Below, in pieces: positions 10,245 through 20,373 of a stretch of 64,000 nucleotides of DNA. Under the pieces are notes generated by a model. It did not search any database and was not told the origin of the DNA. It was given only the letters and a program-made list of their open reading frames with translations. The DNA is taken from assembly GCA_963775425.1 (NCBI GenBank), contig CAVZJB010000002.1, positions 1 to 64,000 of the forward strand. Reading direction: 5' to 3'. Numbering within the stretch: position 1 is the first letter of the stretch; every line of letters starts with the position of its first letter. The stretch is from an uncultured delta proteobacterium. Lineage in GTDB: Bacteria > Myxococcota > UBA727 > VGSZ01. The position numbers and the translations under genes are program-made.

Positions 10245-11546
10245 TCAGCGGGACGCGGTGGTCACGGGGATCGTCGGCACGTGCGCGACGTAGCCCGCCG
10301 GCACGGGCAACTGTCCGTCCACGACCGGCTCGGCGAGCGCGGGGTTGGCGTCGGCAAGGACGTCCTTGGGCGCGTCCACACAGGCGGCGAGCGTGGCGAA
10401 GGGCAGCGCGGTCTCCACGCGCACCGCGTGGCCCGTAAACGGCTTGACCTCGAACCGATCGTCGGCGGTGAGGCGACCGATGGCGGCGATCTGCGCGTAG
10501 TAGTTCTCGCCGTCGAAGCCGAACTCGTGCCAGTCGCCCGCGTCCGCGATCTTGCCGAGGTCGTGCGTGCGGCGCGCCTTGATGACGTGCTGCAGCCGGG
10601 ACGGGCCCGTGTTGTACGCCGTGAGCACCAGCGGCCAGTCGTGATTGAACGTCTTGGCCATCTTGGCCATGTACGTCGCCGCCGCCCACGCGGCGCGCAG
10701 CGGGTCGAGGCGCTCGTCGACGACGCCGTCCTCGACGGTGAGGAACTGGCGGCCGGTCTTGGGCATGAACTGGTAGACGCCGCCGGCGCCGGAGCGCGAC
10801 AGCGCCTCGGGCCGCCACAGCGACTCGACGATGGCGGCGCGCGCGTAGACGCGCGGGACGTCGGCGTTGGCGAAGGTGCCCTCGGCGATGCCGAGCCCGG
10901 CATCCGCGCGCGTCGTGGCGCGCTCGAGCGCGTCCTTGCGGCCCTGCACGTGATAGAGGTTCTTCCACGCCGTCCGGGCAAGGCTCCGGTTGCCGTCGAA
11001 GAGCCGCAGCGTCGCCGGCCGCGACCAATGCTTCTTCAGCCGCACGAGCACGTCATGGCGCGCCTTGGCCACGCGCTTGCTGCAGGTGTCGCGCGCGCCG
11101 TCGTCGTTGTCGGCGTCGCTCTGGAAGAGATCACGGCAGTCGATGTCGGCGTGGACGACCCACGGGCGGCGCTCGTCGACGAGCAGGTGCTGGTGGTCGC
11201 CGCGCTCGCCCCACACGGTCCGCCAGAAGGAGATGCGGCGCTCCAGGGAGCGGGGCGCCACCGGCAGCTCCGCCGTCGGCGGCGGCGGCGGCCCGACGAC
11301 GAGCCAGGGCGGGTCCACGGGCGTGAGGTGGGGACACTTCACCGCCGGCGCGTCCGCGGGGCTGTCGGCGCGCGTGTCCGCGAGCGTGGGCGCGTCGGAG
11401 GCGACGTCCGCGAGCGGCAGCTCCGCGGCGCGCGCCGGCGTCGTGCGGACGCTGAGCAAGAGCAGACCGGTCCCCGCTCCCGCTGCGGCAAGGGTGCACG
11501 CTGCGGCGAGGGCGACCACGCCCCGGTAGAGGTTCGACGACGCCAA
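10245..11546 (-). CDS. Lytic murein transglycosylase (SLT/MltD-like)
   Basis: AIVESLW, SRSGAGGVYQFMPKTG, VDERLDP and LTAYNTG motifs; N-terminal TM; start approximate. Confidence 0.88.
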   Translation of the reverse strand: MASSNLYRGVVALAAACTLAAAGAGTGLLLLSVRTTPARAAELPLADVASDAPTLADTRADSPADAPAVKCPHLTPVDPPWLVVGPPPPPTAELPVAPRSLERRISFWRTVWGERGDHQHLLVDERRPWVVHADIDCRDLFQSDADNDDGARDTCSKRVAKARHDVLVRLKKHWSRPATLRLFDGNRSLARTAWKNLYHVQGRKDALERATTRADAGLGIAEGTFANADVPRVYARAAIVESLWRPEALSRSGAGGVYQFMPKTGRQFLTVEDGVVDERLDPLRAAWAAATYMAKMAKTFNHDWPLVLTAYNTGPSRLQHVIKARRTHDLGKIADAGDWHEFGFDGENYYAQIAAIGRLTADDRFEVKPFTGHAVRVETALPFATLAACVDAPKDVLADANPALAEPVVDGQLPVPAGYVAHVPTIPVTTASR

Positions 11547-11743
11547 CGGGTCAAGCTTGCCACAGCTTTCCGCGGGGTGCGCGTTTGAATTCTCCTCAGG
11601 GTGACCGAGGGACAAAGGGCGCTCGATGTGTGCTCCGCACCGCAGGTGGACACCCGTGCCTGCGAAGGCCGCGGCGGCGAGGGCCCACAAATCCCGGTCG
11701 ATTTTTTGACGCAGCGCCTTGTGGCCCGGAAGCTGGAGCCACG

Positions 11744-13144
11744 ATGCGCCACCGTGCTCTTGCTTCGCACCGCCGTCGCCGTTCGTCGTCACCGCTGCGA
11801 CCTCCTCCCCTTGCTCTCGTACCGTTGGCGCTCGGCTTCGCCGGCGCCGTCGCGATCGATCACGCGTGCGTGGGCCCCGGCGCGCCGCGCGCCGCGTGGG
11901 TGGAGCCGGCGGCGGGCGCCTCATCACCCACCGCACCCGACGCCGGTGGGGCATCGCCCACCCGCATCCCCCGGGTGCGCGTCGGGGTCCCGGAGATCGT
12001 GCCCGCCGCTGTGCGCGCCGCTGCGACGGCTGCGCTCCCGCAAGACGGGGCCGCGCCGGCGCACAAGGGGCTCGCGTGGGCCGCCGCGCGCGTCGACGGC
12101 GACAAGATGGTCGCGCCGCTCGACGGCGCCACGGCGGTGCTCACCCGCGAGCCCGCGCTCGAGCACAAGCTGCAGCGCTTCCTCGACGACGCGAAGGCGC
12201 CCTACGCCGCCACGGTGCTGCTCGAGCCCGACACCGGCCGCGTGATCGCGGTGGCCGAGAGCTCGACGCGCGGCGACGCCGACGGCCTCGCGTTCAAGCC
12301 CATCGCGCGCGCGGCCAGCGTGTTCAAGGTCGTCACGACGGCGGCGCTCCTCGAGGCCGGCGTGTCCCCGCAGAGCAGCGTCTGCATCCACGGCGGGCGC
12401 ACGCGCATGAAGCCGGCGCTCCTCGTCGACGACCGCCGCCGCGACAACCTCTGCACCACCCTCGGGCAGGCGCTGCCGCACTCGCAGAACGTCGCGGTGG
12501 CCAAGCTCGCGCTCAAGCACCTCGAGCCGTCCGTGCTCCGCGCCGAGGCCCGGCGCTTCGGCTTCGGCGCGCCGTTGCCCCTCGACGTGCCGCTGGCGCT
12601 GCCGTCCACGCCGCAGCCGAGCCACGCGTCCATCCCCGAAGATCCCTTCGGCTTCGCCAACGCCGCCGCCGGCTTCGGCGACGTGAAGATGTCGGCGCTG
12701 CACGGCGCGTTGCTCGCCTCGGTGGTCGCCAACGGCGGCGTGCTCGTGGCGCCGCAGCTCGTCGACGACGTCGAGGGCGGCGACGCGCCGGCGTCGGCGC
12801 CGCCCCGGCGCGTGATCGGCAAGAAGGTCGCGGCGCAGCTCCAGCACATGATGCGCGACACCGTCGTGTCGGGCACGGCGCGCCGCTCGTTCACGTCGGC
12901 GCCGCGGTTGAAGGAGACGGCGGCGGGGAAGACGGGATCGCTCACCGACTACAAGACGGGCCTCGAGGCCACCTGGTTCGTCGGCTACGCCCCCGCGGAC
13001 CACCCCGAGGTCGCGGTCGCCGTCGTCGTCGTCAACACCGCGCTGTGGCACGTGCGCGCGCCGGTGGCGGCCAAGGAGGCGCTGCGCACGTACTTCGCCC
13101 TGCACCCGGCGGCCCGCTCCGCGGGCATCGTCGCGCGCCGCTGA
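11744..13144 (+). CDS. Penicillin-binding transpeptidase domain protein
   Basis: SxxK (ASVFK), SxN (SQN) and KTG motifs; WFVGYAP. Confidence 0.9.
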   Translation: MRHRALASHRRRRSSSPLRPPPLALVPLALGFAGAVAIDHACVGPGAPRAAWVEPAAGASSPTAPDAGGASPTRIPRVRVGVPEIVPAAVRAAATAALPQDGAAPAHKGLAWAAARVDGDKMVAPLDGATAVLTREPALEHKLQRFLDDAKAPYAATVLLEPDTGRVIAVAESSTRGDADGLAFKPIARAASVFKVVTTAALLEAGVSPQSSVCIHGGRTRMKPALLVDDRRRDNLCTTLGQALPHSQNVAVAKLALKHLEPSVLRAEARRFGFGAPLPLDVPLALPSTPQPSHASIPEDPFGFANAAAGFGDVKMSALHGALLASVVANGGVLVAPQLVDDVEGGDAPASAPPRRVIGKKVAAQLQHMMRDTVVSGTARRSFTSAPRLKETAAGKTGSLTDYKTGLEATWFVGYAPADHPEVAVAVVVVNTALWHVRAPVAAKEALRTYFALHPAARSAGIVARR

Positions 13145-13331
13145 AGGAGCTGAGCGGCGTCACGACATTCTCGGCGGGACGGCGTTTGTCGTTGACGACG
13201 ACGTCGTGCCCCGCCGCGAATGTCTACGCCGCGCGCCTTCGGCGCCTCTCTCGCGTCGGGGCGACGGCCGGCGCCGACGGCGACTGGAGGGAGCGGCCGC
13301 GCGTCAAATGATCTTGCGCGCGATGGGTTGG

Positions 13332-14144
13332 TCAGCCGGCGAGGTGCACGTTGTTGCGGCCGCGCGCCTTGGCCTCGTACATGGCGGCGTCGGCGCGCCG
13401 CAGGAGCTCCTCGATGTCCGCCGTCGCGCTCACGCACGAGACGCCGCCGATGCTCGCGGTGACGCCGCTTTCGCGCTCGGCTTCGGCGACGGCGGCGCGC
13501 AGGCGCTCGAGCAACACGCTCGCGCCGTCGGCGGTGGTGTCGGGGAGCAGCACGGCGAGCTCGTCACCGCCGATGCGCGCGACGACGTCACCGGTGCGGA
13601 GGCTCTTCTTGAGCACGGCGGCCACCCGCTGCAGCACCTGGTCGCCGGCGGCGTGGCCGCCCCTGTCGTTGACACGCTTGAAGTGGTCGAGGTCGATGTA
13701 CGCGACGGCGAGCGGTAGCCCGGAGCGTTGCGCGCGCGCGAGCACCACCGCGGCCTCGTCGTAGAACGCGCGCCGGTTCAATAGCGCGGTGAGCGCGTCC
13801 ACGCGGCTCAGCGCGTGCTCGCGCTCGTTGGCGGCGCGCAGCCGCGCGATGAGCACGCCGACGAAGATGAACGCGGCGCTCTGCGTGACGATGTTGGCGC
13901 CGAGCAGCCAGGGGTCGGAGTAGGTGCGGCCGGCCTCGAAGTTGGCGCCGAGCCACACCGCCGTGGCGAGCGCGCCGAAGGCGAGCCCGCCGCCGGCCCC
14001 GAGCCGCCACGCGGCGATGCTCACCGGCACGAAGTACAGCGGGAACACGCGCAGCTCCGTCCCCGTGGCGAAGTCCGCGGCGCCGATGCCGGCCGTCAGG
14101 ACGAGCGCCGCCGCGAGCGCCAGGAGGCGGGAGCGCGTGGTCAC
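13332..14144 (-). CDS. Membrane-anchored diguanylate cyclase (GGDEF domain)
   Basis: DALTALLNRR, DLDHFKRVND, RIGGDEL and ADAAMYEAK motifs; N-terminal TM helices. Confidence 0.93.
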   Translation of the reverse strand: MTTRSRLLALAAALVLTAGIGAADFATGTELRVFPLYFVPVSIAAWRLGAGGGLAFGALATAVWLGANFEAGRTYSDPWLLGANIVTQSAAFIFVGVLIARLRAANEREHALSRVDALTALLNRRAFYDEAAVVLARAQRSGLPLAVAYIDLDHFKRVNDRGGHAAGDQVLQRVAAVLKKSLRTGDVVARIGGDELAVLLPDTTADGASVLLERLRAAVAEAERESGVTASIGGVSCVSATADIEELLRRADAAMYEAKARGRNNVHLAG

Positions 14145-14150
14145 GGCCTC

Positions 14151-16151
14151 TCAGCGCTGCCAGAGCAGCTCGTCGCGCCCCTTGTCGAAGCGGATGGATT
14201 GGATGGTGCGCGCCGGGTGCTTGCCGTGGCGCCCCTCGGGCACGGGCGCGCCCACCTCGAGGAGCACCTCGGCGTTGCCGTTTTGCGCGTCGGCGCGGGA
14301 GGCGAGCAGGAGCGCGTCGTGCGCGGTGGCCGCCTGGATCTGCGCCGTGGCGACGATCCACTCGCCGCCGCTCGCGAGGATGGGGACGTCTACGGACTTG
14401 ACCACGCCGATCTTCTTCCCGTCGTGGCCGAGGGCGTCGGCGCCGAGCAGCGCGGCGGTCGCCTCCGCGGGGCGATCGACGGAGCTGCGCACCACGGCGC
14501 CGTCGTCGCGCCGGAAGATGAAGGTGCCGTCGCTGGCGGCCTCCAGGTAGCGCGCGCGCGGCGGCGCCAGGCTCCACGGCGCGCCCTTGCCGAAGCGATC
14601 GGGCGCGAGCGCGAACAGGCCGCCCGCCTTGGTGAGGAACAGCCAGCCCTCGGGGCCCTTCTCGATGAAGTTGGCGTCGAACAGCGCGCGCCCGTCGGGC
14701 ATGAGCCAGGCGTCGCCGAAGATCTGCAGCTCGCGCCCGTCGATGCCCGACGTCTCGGTGCCCGAGCGCGCGAGCTCGACGAGGCCCTTGGGCGCGTCGA
14801 GCTTCACCGCGAGGAGGCGCTGCGGGTTCAACAGCCAGGTGTCACCGCTCATGCGCGTGCCGACGTCATCGCCGCCGTCGAGATACGTCTCCGCCACCAG
14901 CACCGACGGCCCGCCGGAGCTCTTCTTGAAGGAGAACCCCTTGACCACCGTGGCGTCGGTGGCCGAGCCGGGCACCTTGTCGCCGCTCTTTCGCAACACG
15001 AGCGGCGCGCCCGCGCCCTTCGGCAGCGCCACCAGGTCCTGCGCGACCTCGCCGTTTTGGCCCGCGAGCACGCTGACGATGGCGAGGCCGCTCCCGCCGG
15101 GGCCGACGACGACGTCCTTGACGCCCTCGATCTCGAGGTCGCCGAGCTTCTGCCCCGGCTCGAGCTGCTTGACGACTTGCGCGGTGGTGCGGCCACCCTT
15201 GGCCGTCACGAGGTGCCCGCCGCCGAGCACGGCGGCGACGGTGCCGTCGTCGGCGCACTCGATGATGGTGGGGTCGCCGAGCTTGGCGGTGGCCGCGAGG
15301 TCGATGACGCGCGACGAAAACGCGCCGCCGGCGGCGACGGTGCCGACGAGGATGAGGGAGTCGCCGGTGTTCGTATGAAGCCCCGCGGCGAACGTGCGCG
15401 CGGCTCTGCCCTCCGTGCGCGGCGACAGGCCCGCCTCCGGCTTGGGCGTGGGCGGCACGGGGGCGGTGAACGCGTCGGCGACGCCGCCGTCGAGGGGCGC
15501 GGGACCTGCGTCGGCGGCGAGGGCGGGGCCGCCGTCGGCCGCCGCGGGTCCGCCGTCGGGCCCGCCGGCGCCGGGGGGGCCGCCGTCGTCGTCGAAGTCA
15601 ACGGGGCCGGCGTCGAGGATGACGCCGCCGTCGGGGCCGACGAGGACGACGCCGCCGTCGGGGCCGACCACGCGCTTGATGCCGGCCTTCTTGGCCTTGA
15701 GGACCTCGACGGGGACGGCGTGGTTGTCCTTGGCGTAGTTGTAGAGGTGATCGCTCAGCCACGGGACGCCGCCGACGATGTCGAGCACGGCCCACGAGGT
15801 GTACGCGAGGTCGGCGGTGCCGCGGGGCGAGTACTGCAGGATGGCGCCGGTGATGGCGAGCTGGGTGGCCTCGATGAGGAACAGCACGATCACGCGCCGG
15901 ATCACCGCGACGAGCCGCCGCCGCTTCAGGGCCGCCGCGGCGCGCAGAGCGAGGAAGACCGGGAAGCCGATGCCGACGATGAGGCCGACGGCGACGCCCG
16001 CGAGGGGCGGGAGGAACGACAGGAGCGCGCCCACGGCGACGGCCGTGAAGACGCCGCCGACGAGCGCGACGACGGCGGTGACGGCGGTGAGGACGAGGTT
16101 CCGCGGCTCGCGTCGCGCGGAGGGCGTGGCCGGTGCTGGGCTCTGGGACAA
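14151..16151 (-). CDS. Membrane-anchored protein with Pro/Gly/Asp linker and beta-rich extracellular domain
   Basis: TTG start with GGAG Shine-Dalgarno; about 3 TM helices, low-complexity GPDGG repeats, beta-strand-rich C-terminus. Confidence 0.65.
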   Translation of the reverse strand: MSQSPAPATPSARREPRNLVLTAVTAVVALVGGVFTAVAVGALLSFLPPLAGVAVGLIVGIGFPVFLALRAAAALKRRRLVAVIRRVIVLFLIEATQLAITGAILQYSPRGTADLAYTSWAVLDIVGGVPWLSDHLYNYAKDNHAVPVEVLKAKKAGIKRVVGPDGGVVLVGPDGGVILDAGPVDFDDDGGPPGAGGPDGGPAAADGGPALAADAGPAPLDGGVADAFTAPVPPTPKPEAGLSPRTEGRAARTFAAGLHTNTGDSLILVGTVAAGGAFSSRVIDLAATAKLGDPTIIECADDGTVAAVLGGGHLVTAKGGRTTAQVVKQLEPGQKLGDLEIEGVKDVVVGPGGSGLAIVSVLAGQNGEVAQDLVALPKGAGAPLVLRKSGDKVPGSATDATVVKGFSFKKSSGGPSVLVAETYLDGGDDVGTRMSGDTWLLNPQRLLAVKLDAPKGLVELARSGTETSGIDGRELQIFGDAWLMPDGRALFDANFIEKGPEGWLFLTKAGGLFALAPDRFGKGAPWSLAPPRARYLEAASDGTFIFRRDDGAVVRSSVDRPAEATAALLGADALGHDGKKIGVVKSVDVPILASGGEWIVATAQIQAATAHDALLLASRADAQNGNAEVLLEVGAPVPEGRHGKHPARTIQSIRFDKGRDELLWQR

Positions 16152-16267
16152 GGTCTCTCCGTCTCCTGCGCGAGGATCGCGAGAGCATACCAACGGTCCG
16201 CCGCGCCGAAGGGTTCCAACCGCCCCCGCGCCGGGGGACGCTGGCCGCGCGGGCGACGGGCGTGCGG

Positions 16268-17239
16268 TCAGCCGCCGGCGCGGCCGCGCGCGAACGCGGG
16301 GAGCAGCGAGCGCTCCGCGGCGCCCTCGCCCATCGCGGCCGGCAGCGCGCGCAGGCCGCGCATGCAGAGAGCCAGCGCGCGACGGGCGGCGTCGGCGGGC
16401 GCGAGCCCCTCGTGGACGACGAGGACGTTGGCGAGGAACGCCAGCTCGGCGGCGCGCGTGCGCGCGTGGACGGGCCCGAGGTACGCGCGCGAGACGGCGT
16501 CGTCGCCGGTGACGGCGCCAGCGTCGCACAGCCGCAGGAACGCGCGCGCGTCCGGCGGCGACACGAACCCCTGTGCCTCGCGGCGGTCGAGCCGGGCGCC
16601 GGCGGCGTCGCTCTCGAGCTGCTCGTCGGCGGTGAGGAGCGCCAACAGGCCGCCGGCGTCGTCGGCGGCGACGTCGGTGAGGGCGGCGATGCGGTGGAGG
16701 ACGCGGTCGAGATCTTCGCGGTGGTGCGCGTCGAGCTCCACCACCACCGCGAGCGCGGCGTCGGTGTGCGCGGCGCCGCGCGCGACGAGGAACCAGCCGT
16801 CGAGCTCGGTGGTGGCGCTCGACTCGAGGAGCTTGTCCACCTGCGCGCCCTCGTCGTCGTCGCCGCGCAGCGAGAGCGCGATGGTGTCGGTCTCGAACAC
16901 GAGGAAGATGCGCGACAGGCCCAGGGCGACGACGTCCTCGTTGTGCGCGTCCAGCTCGAGGAGCCGCGCCGCCGCCTTGTCCGCGCCCATCTCGAGGAGC
17001 ACCTCGAGCCACAGCCCGAAGCGGGCGGCGTCGAAGCGCTCCTCGTCGCCGGGCCGCGCGCTCTTCCACAGGTCATGATCGAGGACGCCCGCGAGCTGCG
17101 CCGGCGACATCAGCGCGGCGATCTCGCCCGCGTCCTCGAGGCCGACCTCCTCGACGACGGCCGCCAGCGCCGCCGGCTCCAGTGAGCGCAGCGCCGACGC
17201 GTCGACGGCGCGCCGCTCGATCTTCCTGTCACGCGACAT
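16268..17239 (-). CDS. DUF6178-like hypothetical protein
   Basis: EVGLEDAGEI...QLAGVLDHDLW...RFGLWLEVLLE and ELAFLANVL segments recalled from this family. Confidence 0.65.
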   Translation of the reverse strand: MSRDRKIERRAVDASALRSLEPAALAAVVEEVGLEDAGEIAALMSPAQLAGVLDHDLWKSARPGDEERFDAARFGLWLEVLLEMGADKAAARLLELDAHNEDVVALGLSRIFLVFETDTIALSLRGDDDEGAQVDKLLESSATTELDGWFLVARGAAHTDAALAVVVELDAHHREDLDRVLHRIAALTDVAADDAGGLLALLTADEQLESDAAGARLDRREAQGFVSPPDARAFLRLCDAGAVTGDDAVSRAYLGPVHARTRAAELAFLANVLVVHEGLAPADAARRALALCMRGLRALPAAMGEGAAERSLLPAFARGRAGG

Positions 17240-17295
17240 CGATCCTCCACGCCCGGCCTGCACGCGCCTGCCGGCGACGACGCCGGGGCGCCGGC

Positions 17296-19653
17296 CTAAG
17301 AGGCGAGCTCGAACAGACGCGGTGTATAGCGACCGAGCTCGAGCACCGCCTTGCCGTCCTCGATCACCAGGGGCTCGGCCGCGCCGACGCCGCCGGGCGT
17401 GTTGCCGAGCACGTCGACGAGGCGGAGCGCGTCGTCGGCGACGTCGGCGGGCACGCCCATCTTCGCGCGCAGCTCGGCCACGGGCATCTCGAGGCGCTTG
17501 TCCTCGAACGCGAGGTTCGACAGCGCCAGCAGCGGCTTTTCGCCCGGCGCCGTGCGCACCGCCGACAGCACCTCGACGTTGCCGTTTGGCACGTCCTCGA
17601 GCCCGCCCCGGCGCAGGGCCACCCGATCGCGGCGCAGCTCGTTCATGCGCTTGACCATGACGGCGCCGGGGTAGCCGTCGCGCTCGGCGGCGACGAACGC
17701 GCTCTTCGGGATGTTCCCCCGGTGGATCCAGCGCGCGTCGAAGGTGTTTTCGAAGGTGACGTCGAGGTGGGCCTCCTCCTTGAGCGCCTTGAATTGCTGC
17801 TCGTGCTTCTTGTTGGCGTAGCCCCAGTCGTTCTTCCAGCCGATCTCGTCGCCGGCGTAGATGGTGGGGTTGGTGCCCGGGAAGAACGTCGACTGCACGA
17901 AGAAGCCGTTGGCGATGCGCGCCGGATCGTTGTCGAGGAGCTCGGCGTTCCTCCCGGTGACGCTCATGCCCTTCTTGAACACGAGGCCGCCGCGGCTCCT
18001 GGCGTATTCGTCGATGTCGTCCCAGTCGTCGCGGTCGGGGACGAACCCGACGAACACCTCGTCGTGGGTGCCGAGCGGCAGCATCTCCACCGCGCCGTCG
18101 GGCGGCACCGGGTAGGTGTGGATCCTGTTCCAGTAGTCGCTGGTCTTCTGGAAGTAGAGCATGTGCTGCAGGACGCCTCTGCGGTCGAAGGCGTACATGG
18201 CGTCGGCGCCCGAGGTGGTCTCCTTGCCGCCGATCTCGGTGTCGTGGCCGAAGTAGTCGACGGCCTTGCTGGCGCCGGCGACGACCTCGGGCAGGATCAC
18301 CGCCTTCGGTGACACGCTCTTCACGAAGATCTTCATGATCTCCTGCAGCTCGAGCGTCTCGGGCAGGTCGTGGGCGGGCACGCCCTTGCGCTTCATCACG
18401 TGGCGGAGGGCGTCGAGGCGCAGCCCGAGGGTGCCCGCGTCGAGGTGGTTGCCGACGAGCTGGAGGATCCACTCCATGACGTCGGGGTTTCGCGGGTTGA
18501 TGTCGAACTGGAACTTGTTGAAGGTGCGGAAGAGCTGGTGCTCCTTGCCGTTCACCGTGACCTTGGCGAGGTGGCTGTCGGTGGTCTCCGGGAAGATCAG
18601 CAACTGCTCTTCGGGCGTGCCGTCGGGCCACTCGTATTGAATCCACTTGTCGCCGTCGCGCACCTCGGAGCCGGTGACCTCGACGCCGTCGTAGTTGACG
18701 AAGCGATCTAGCATGGACTCGTCGCCGGCGACGAGCTTCTGGTACCAGGGGTGCTCGATGGACACGTGGTTGATGACGAGGTCCCAGACCGTGTGCACGC
18801 CCTTTTGGAGCCCCGCCTTGACCATGTCCTCGTAGCCGGCGGCGCCGCCGAGGGACTCCGCGGGGGTGAACTTCGCGATGTCGTAGCCGCCGTCCCAGCC
18901 GGGCGACTCGAACACCGGGCGCAGCGAGAGCGTGTCGACGCCGAGCCACTTCAGGTAGCCGAACATGTCCTTGGTGTCTTTGAAGGTCGCCTGGTCCTTG
19001 CCCTCGGGCACGCCGAAGCTGTCGACGTACATCTCGTAGGGCGCCGCCTTCTGCAGCCAGTCGTCGGGGACCTTGTCGAGGAGCTCCTTGATCTCCGGCG
19101 ACTGCGCGGCGCGCGCGTGCTGCACCGCGTTCCAGAAGCGGACGAAGTGCTCGTCGGCGCGGCCGGGGTCGAACTGCTCGAACAGCGCGCGCACGCGCTT
19201 GACGTCGGCGGCGTTGGTGATGTCTTTGAGCGGCGCCCAGCGGGCGCGCAGCTTGGGCGAGACCGCGGCGCCGGCGTCGAAGAGGCTCTCGATGGCCTGG
19301 GCGTTGTCGGGAAACCTCCCGCCGGTGTAGAGCCGGCCGGGCTCCTCGGACGTGAGCGTCTTTCGCTTCTTGTCGACGGAGAGCACGCCGAGGCCGCCGG
19401 TGCGCACCGACGCCGACGACACGCCGCCGTGCGATCGCCCGCGCGTCCCGGGCCCGCGCGTCTTGGGGACGGCGTCGTCGCCGAAGCGACGCCACGCCTC
19501 GCCGGTGTTCGGAGCGTGGGTCTGCGCGCCGAGCCCTTCGGCTCTCTTCCCGGCGGGCTCTTCGGCCTCGACGCGCTTGTCGGTGTGTGGTGCCCGGTGG
19601 GGGTCGACCGGGCTGCGGCTGCGGCTGCGGCTGAGCGCGTCCGTCTTCCCCAT
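17296..19653 (-). CDS. GH13 alpha-amylase family enzyme (TreS/amylosucrase-like) with long N-terminal extension
   Basis: DGGYDI, DLVINHVSIEHPW and catalytic LRLDA, ILPEV, GTHDE motifs; IYAGDEIG. Confidence 0.88.
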   Translation of the reverse strand: MGKTDALSRSRSRSPVDPHRAPHTDKRVEAEEPAGKRAEGLGAQTHAPNTGEAWRRFGDDAVPKTRGPGTRGRSHGGVSSASVRTGGLGVLSVDKKRKTLTSEEPGRLYTGGRFPDNAQAIESLFDAGAAVSPKLRARWAPLKDITNAADVKRVRALFEQFDPGRADEHFVRFWNAVQHARAAQSPEIKELLDKVPDDWLQKAAPYEMYVDSFGVPEGKDQATFKDTKDMFGYLKWLGVDTLSLRPVFESPGWDGGYDIAKFTPAESLGGAAGYEDMVKAGLQKGVHTVWDLVINHVSIEHPWYQKLVAGDESMLDRFVNYDGVEVTGSEVRDGDKWIQYEWPDGTPEEQLLIFPETTDSHLAKVTVNGKEHQLFRTFNKFQFDINPRNPDVMEWILQLVGNHLDAGTLGLRLDALRHVMKRKGVPAHDLPETLELQEIMKIFVKSVSPKAVILPEVVAGASKAVDYFGHDTEIGGKETTSGADAMYAFDRRGVLQHMLYFQKTSDYWNRIHTYPVPPDGAVEMLPLGTHDEVFVGFVPDRDDWDDIDEYARSRGGLVFKKGMSVTGRNAELLDNDPARIANGFFVQSTFFPGTNPTIYAGDEIGWKNDWGYANKKHEQQFKALKEEAHLDVTFENTFDARWIHRGNIPKSAFVAAERDGYPGAVMVKRMNELRRDRVALRRGGLEDVPNGNVEVLSAVRTAPGEKPLLALSNLAFEDKRLEMPVAELRAKMGVPADVADDALRLVDVLGNTPGGVGAAEPLVIEDGKAVLELGRYTPRLFELAS

Positions 19654-19705
19654 GCCCCGACCATACCGCGGCGCCCGCGGCGATCCATCCGCCGCCGGAC
19701 CTCCG

Positions 19706-20041
19706 TCACCCGGGGAGCGACGAGAGGATCTCGACGTAGCCCTGCCTCGGGAGCGCATCGTCGCGGGCGCCTGTGGGCTCGGAGGAACCGCGCGAAGAAC
19801 GTGGTGTCGCCTCCCCGATCAGGTTGGCGAGCGCGTCGACCACGGCCCAGCCGACATCGCACAAGCGTCGGTGCGATGCGAGGATCTCCTTCTCGGTCGC
19901 GAGCGAGTCCCAGCGCTTCTCGAAGTATGTCTCTTCGACGTCGAGCTCGATGCCGAGCCCTGCGGCGCTGCGGATGGCCTCGAGGCGCTGCGCGACGTCC
20001 TCGATGACCGAGCGCTTCGGTCTCGTTCGAACGGTCTTCAT
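19706..20041 (-). CDS. Hypothetical protein
   Basis: 111-aa ORF MKTVRTRPKRS... with globular composition; no motif recognised. Confidence 0.4.
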   Translation of the reverse strand: MKTVRTRPKRSVIEDVAQRLEAIRSAAGLGIELDVEETYFEKRWDSLATEKEILASHRRLCDVGWAVVDALANLIGEATPRSSRGSSEPTGARDDALPRQGYVEILSSLPG

Positions 20042-20158
20042 GGCGACGGGATGTCGCAAGACAAAGCGCGCAACAACGGCCCGGGGACGCGCGCGACCGT
20101 GCGTCGCGGGTCTGCCGCGGCGAGGCGGGTCGCTACCTTCAAAGAAGGAGGCTGTGTC

Positions 20159-20326
20159 ATGGACGTCACCGGGAACCTGAACGAGCTCGTGGCCGTCAAC
20201 GCGGCGCGCGTCTGCGTCTGCGTGGCCGAGCACACCCCGGTCGTCCTGCGGGAGCAGCTCCTGCGCGTTCAGCTCGATCACCAGCGCTCCGCCGCCGAGC
20301 TCGCGGCGGGCGCCACAGGTTCCTGA
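20159..20326 (+). CDS. Small hypothetical protein
   Basis: AAGGAGG Shine-Dalgarno upstream of the ATG; 55 aa. Confidence 0.35.
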   Translation: MDVTGNLNELVAVNAARVCVCVAEHTPVVLREQLLRVQLDHQRSAAELAAGATGS

Positions 20327-20373
20327 CGGAAACCCTCGACACCCGGCGCACGACGACGCCGATCGGAAACCCC

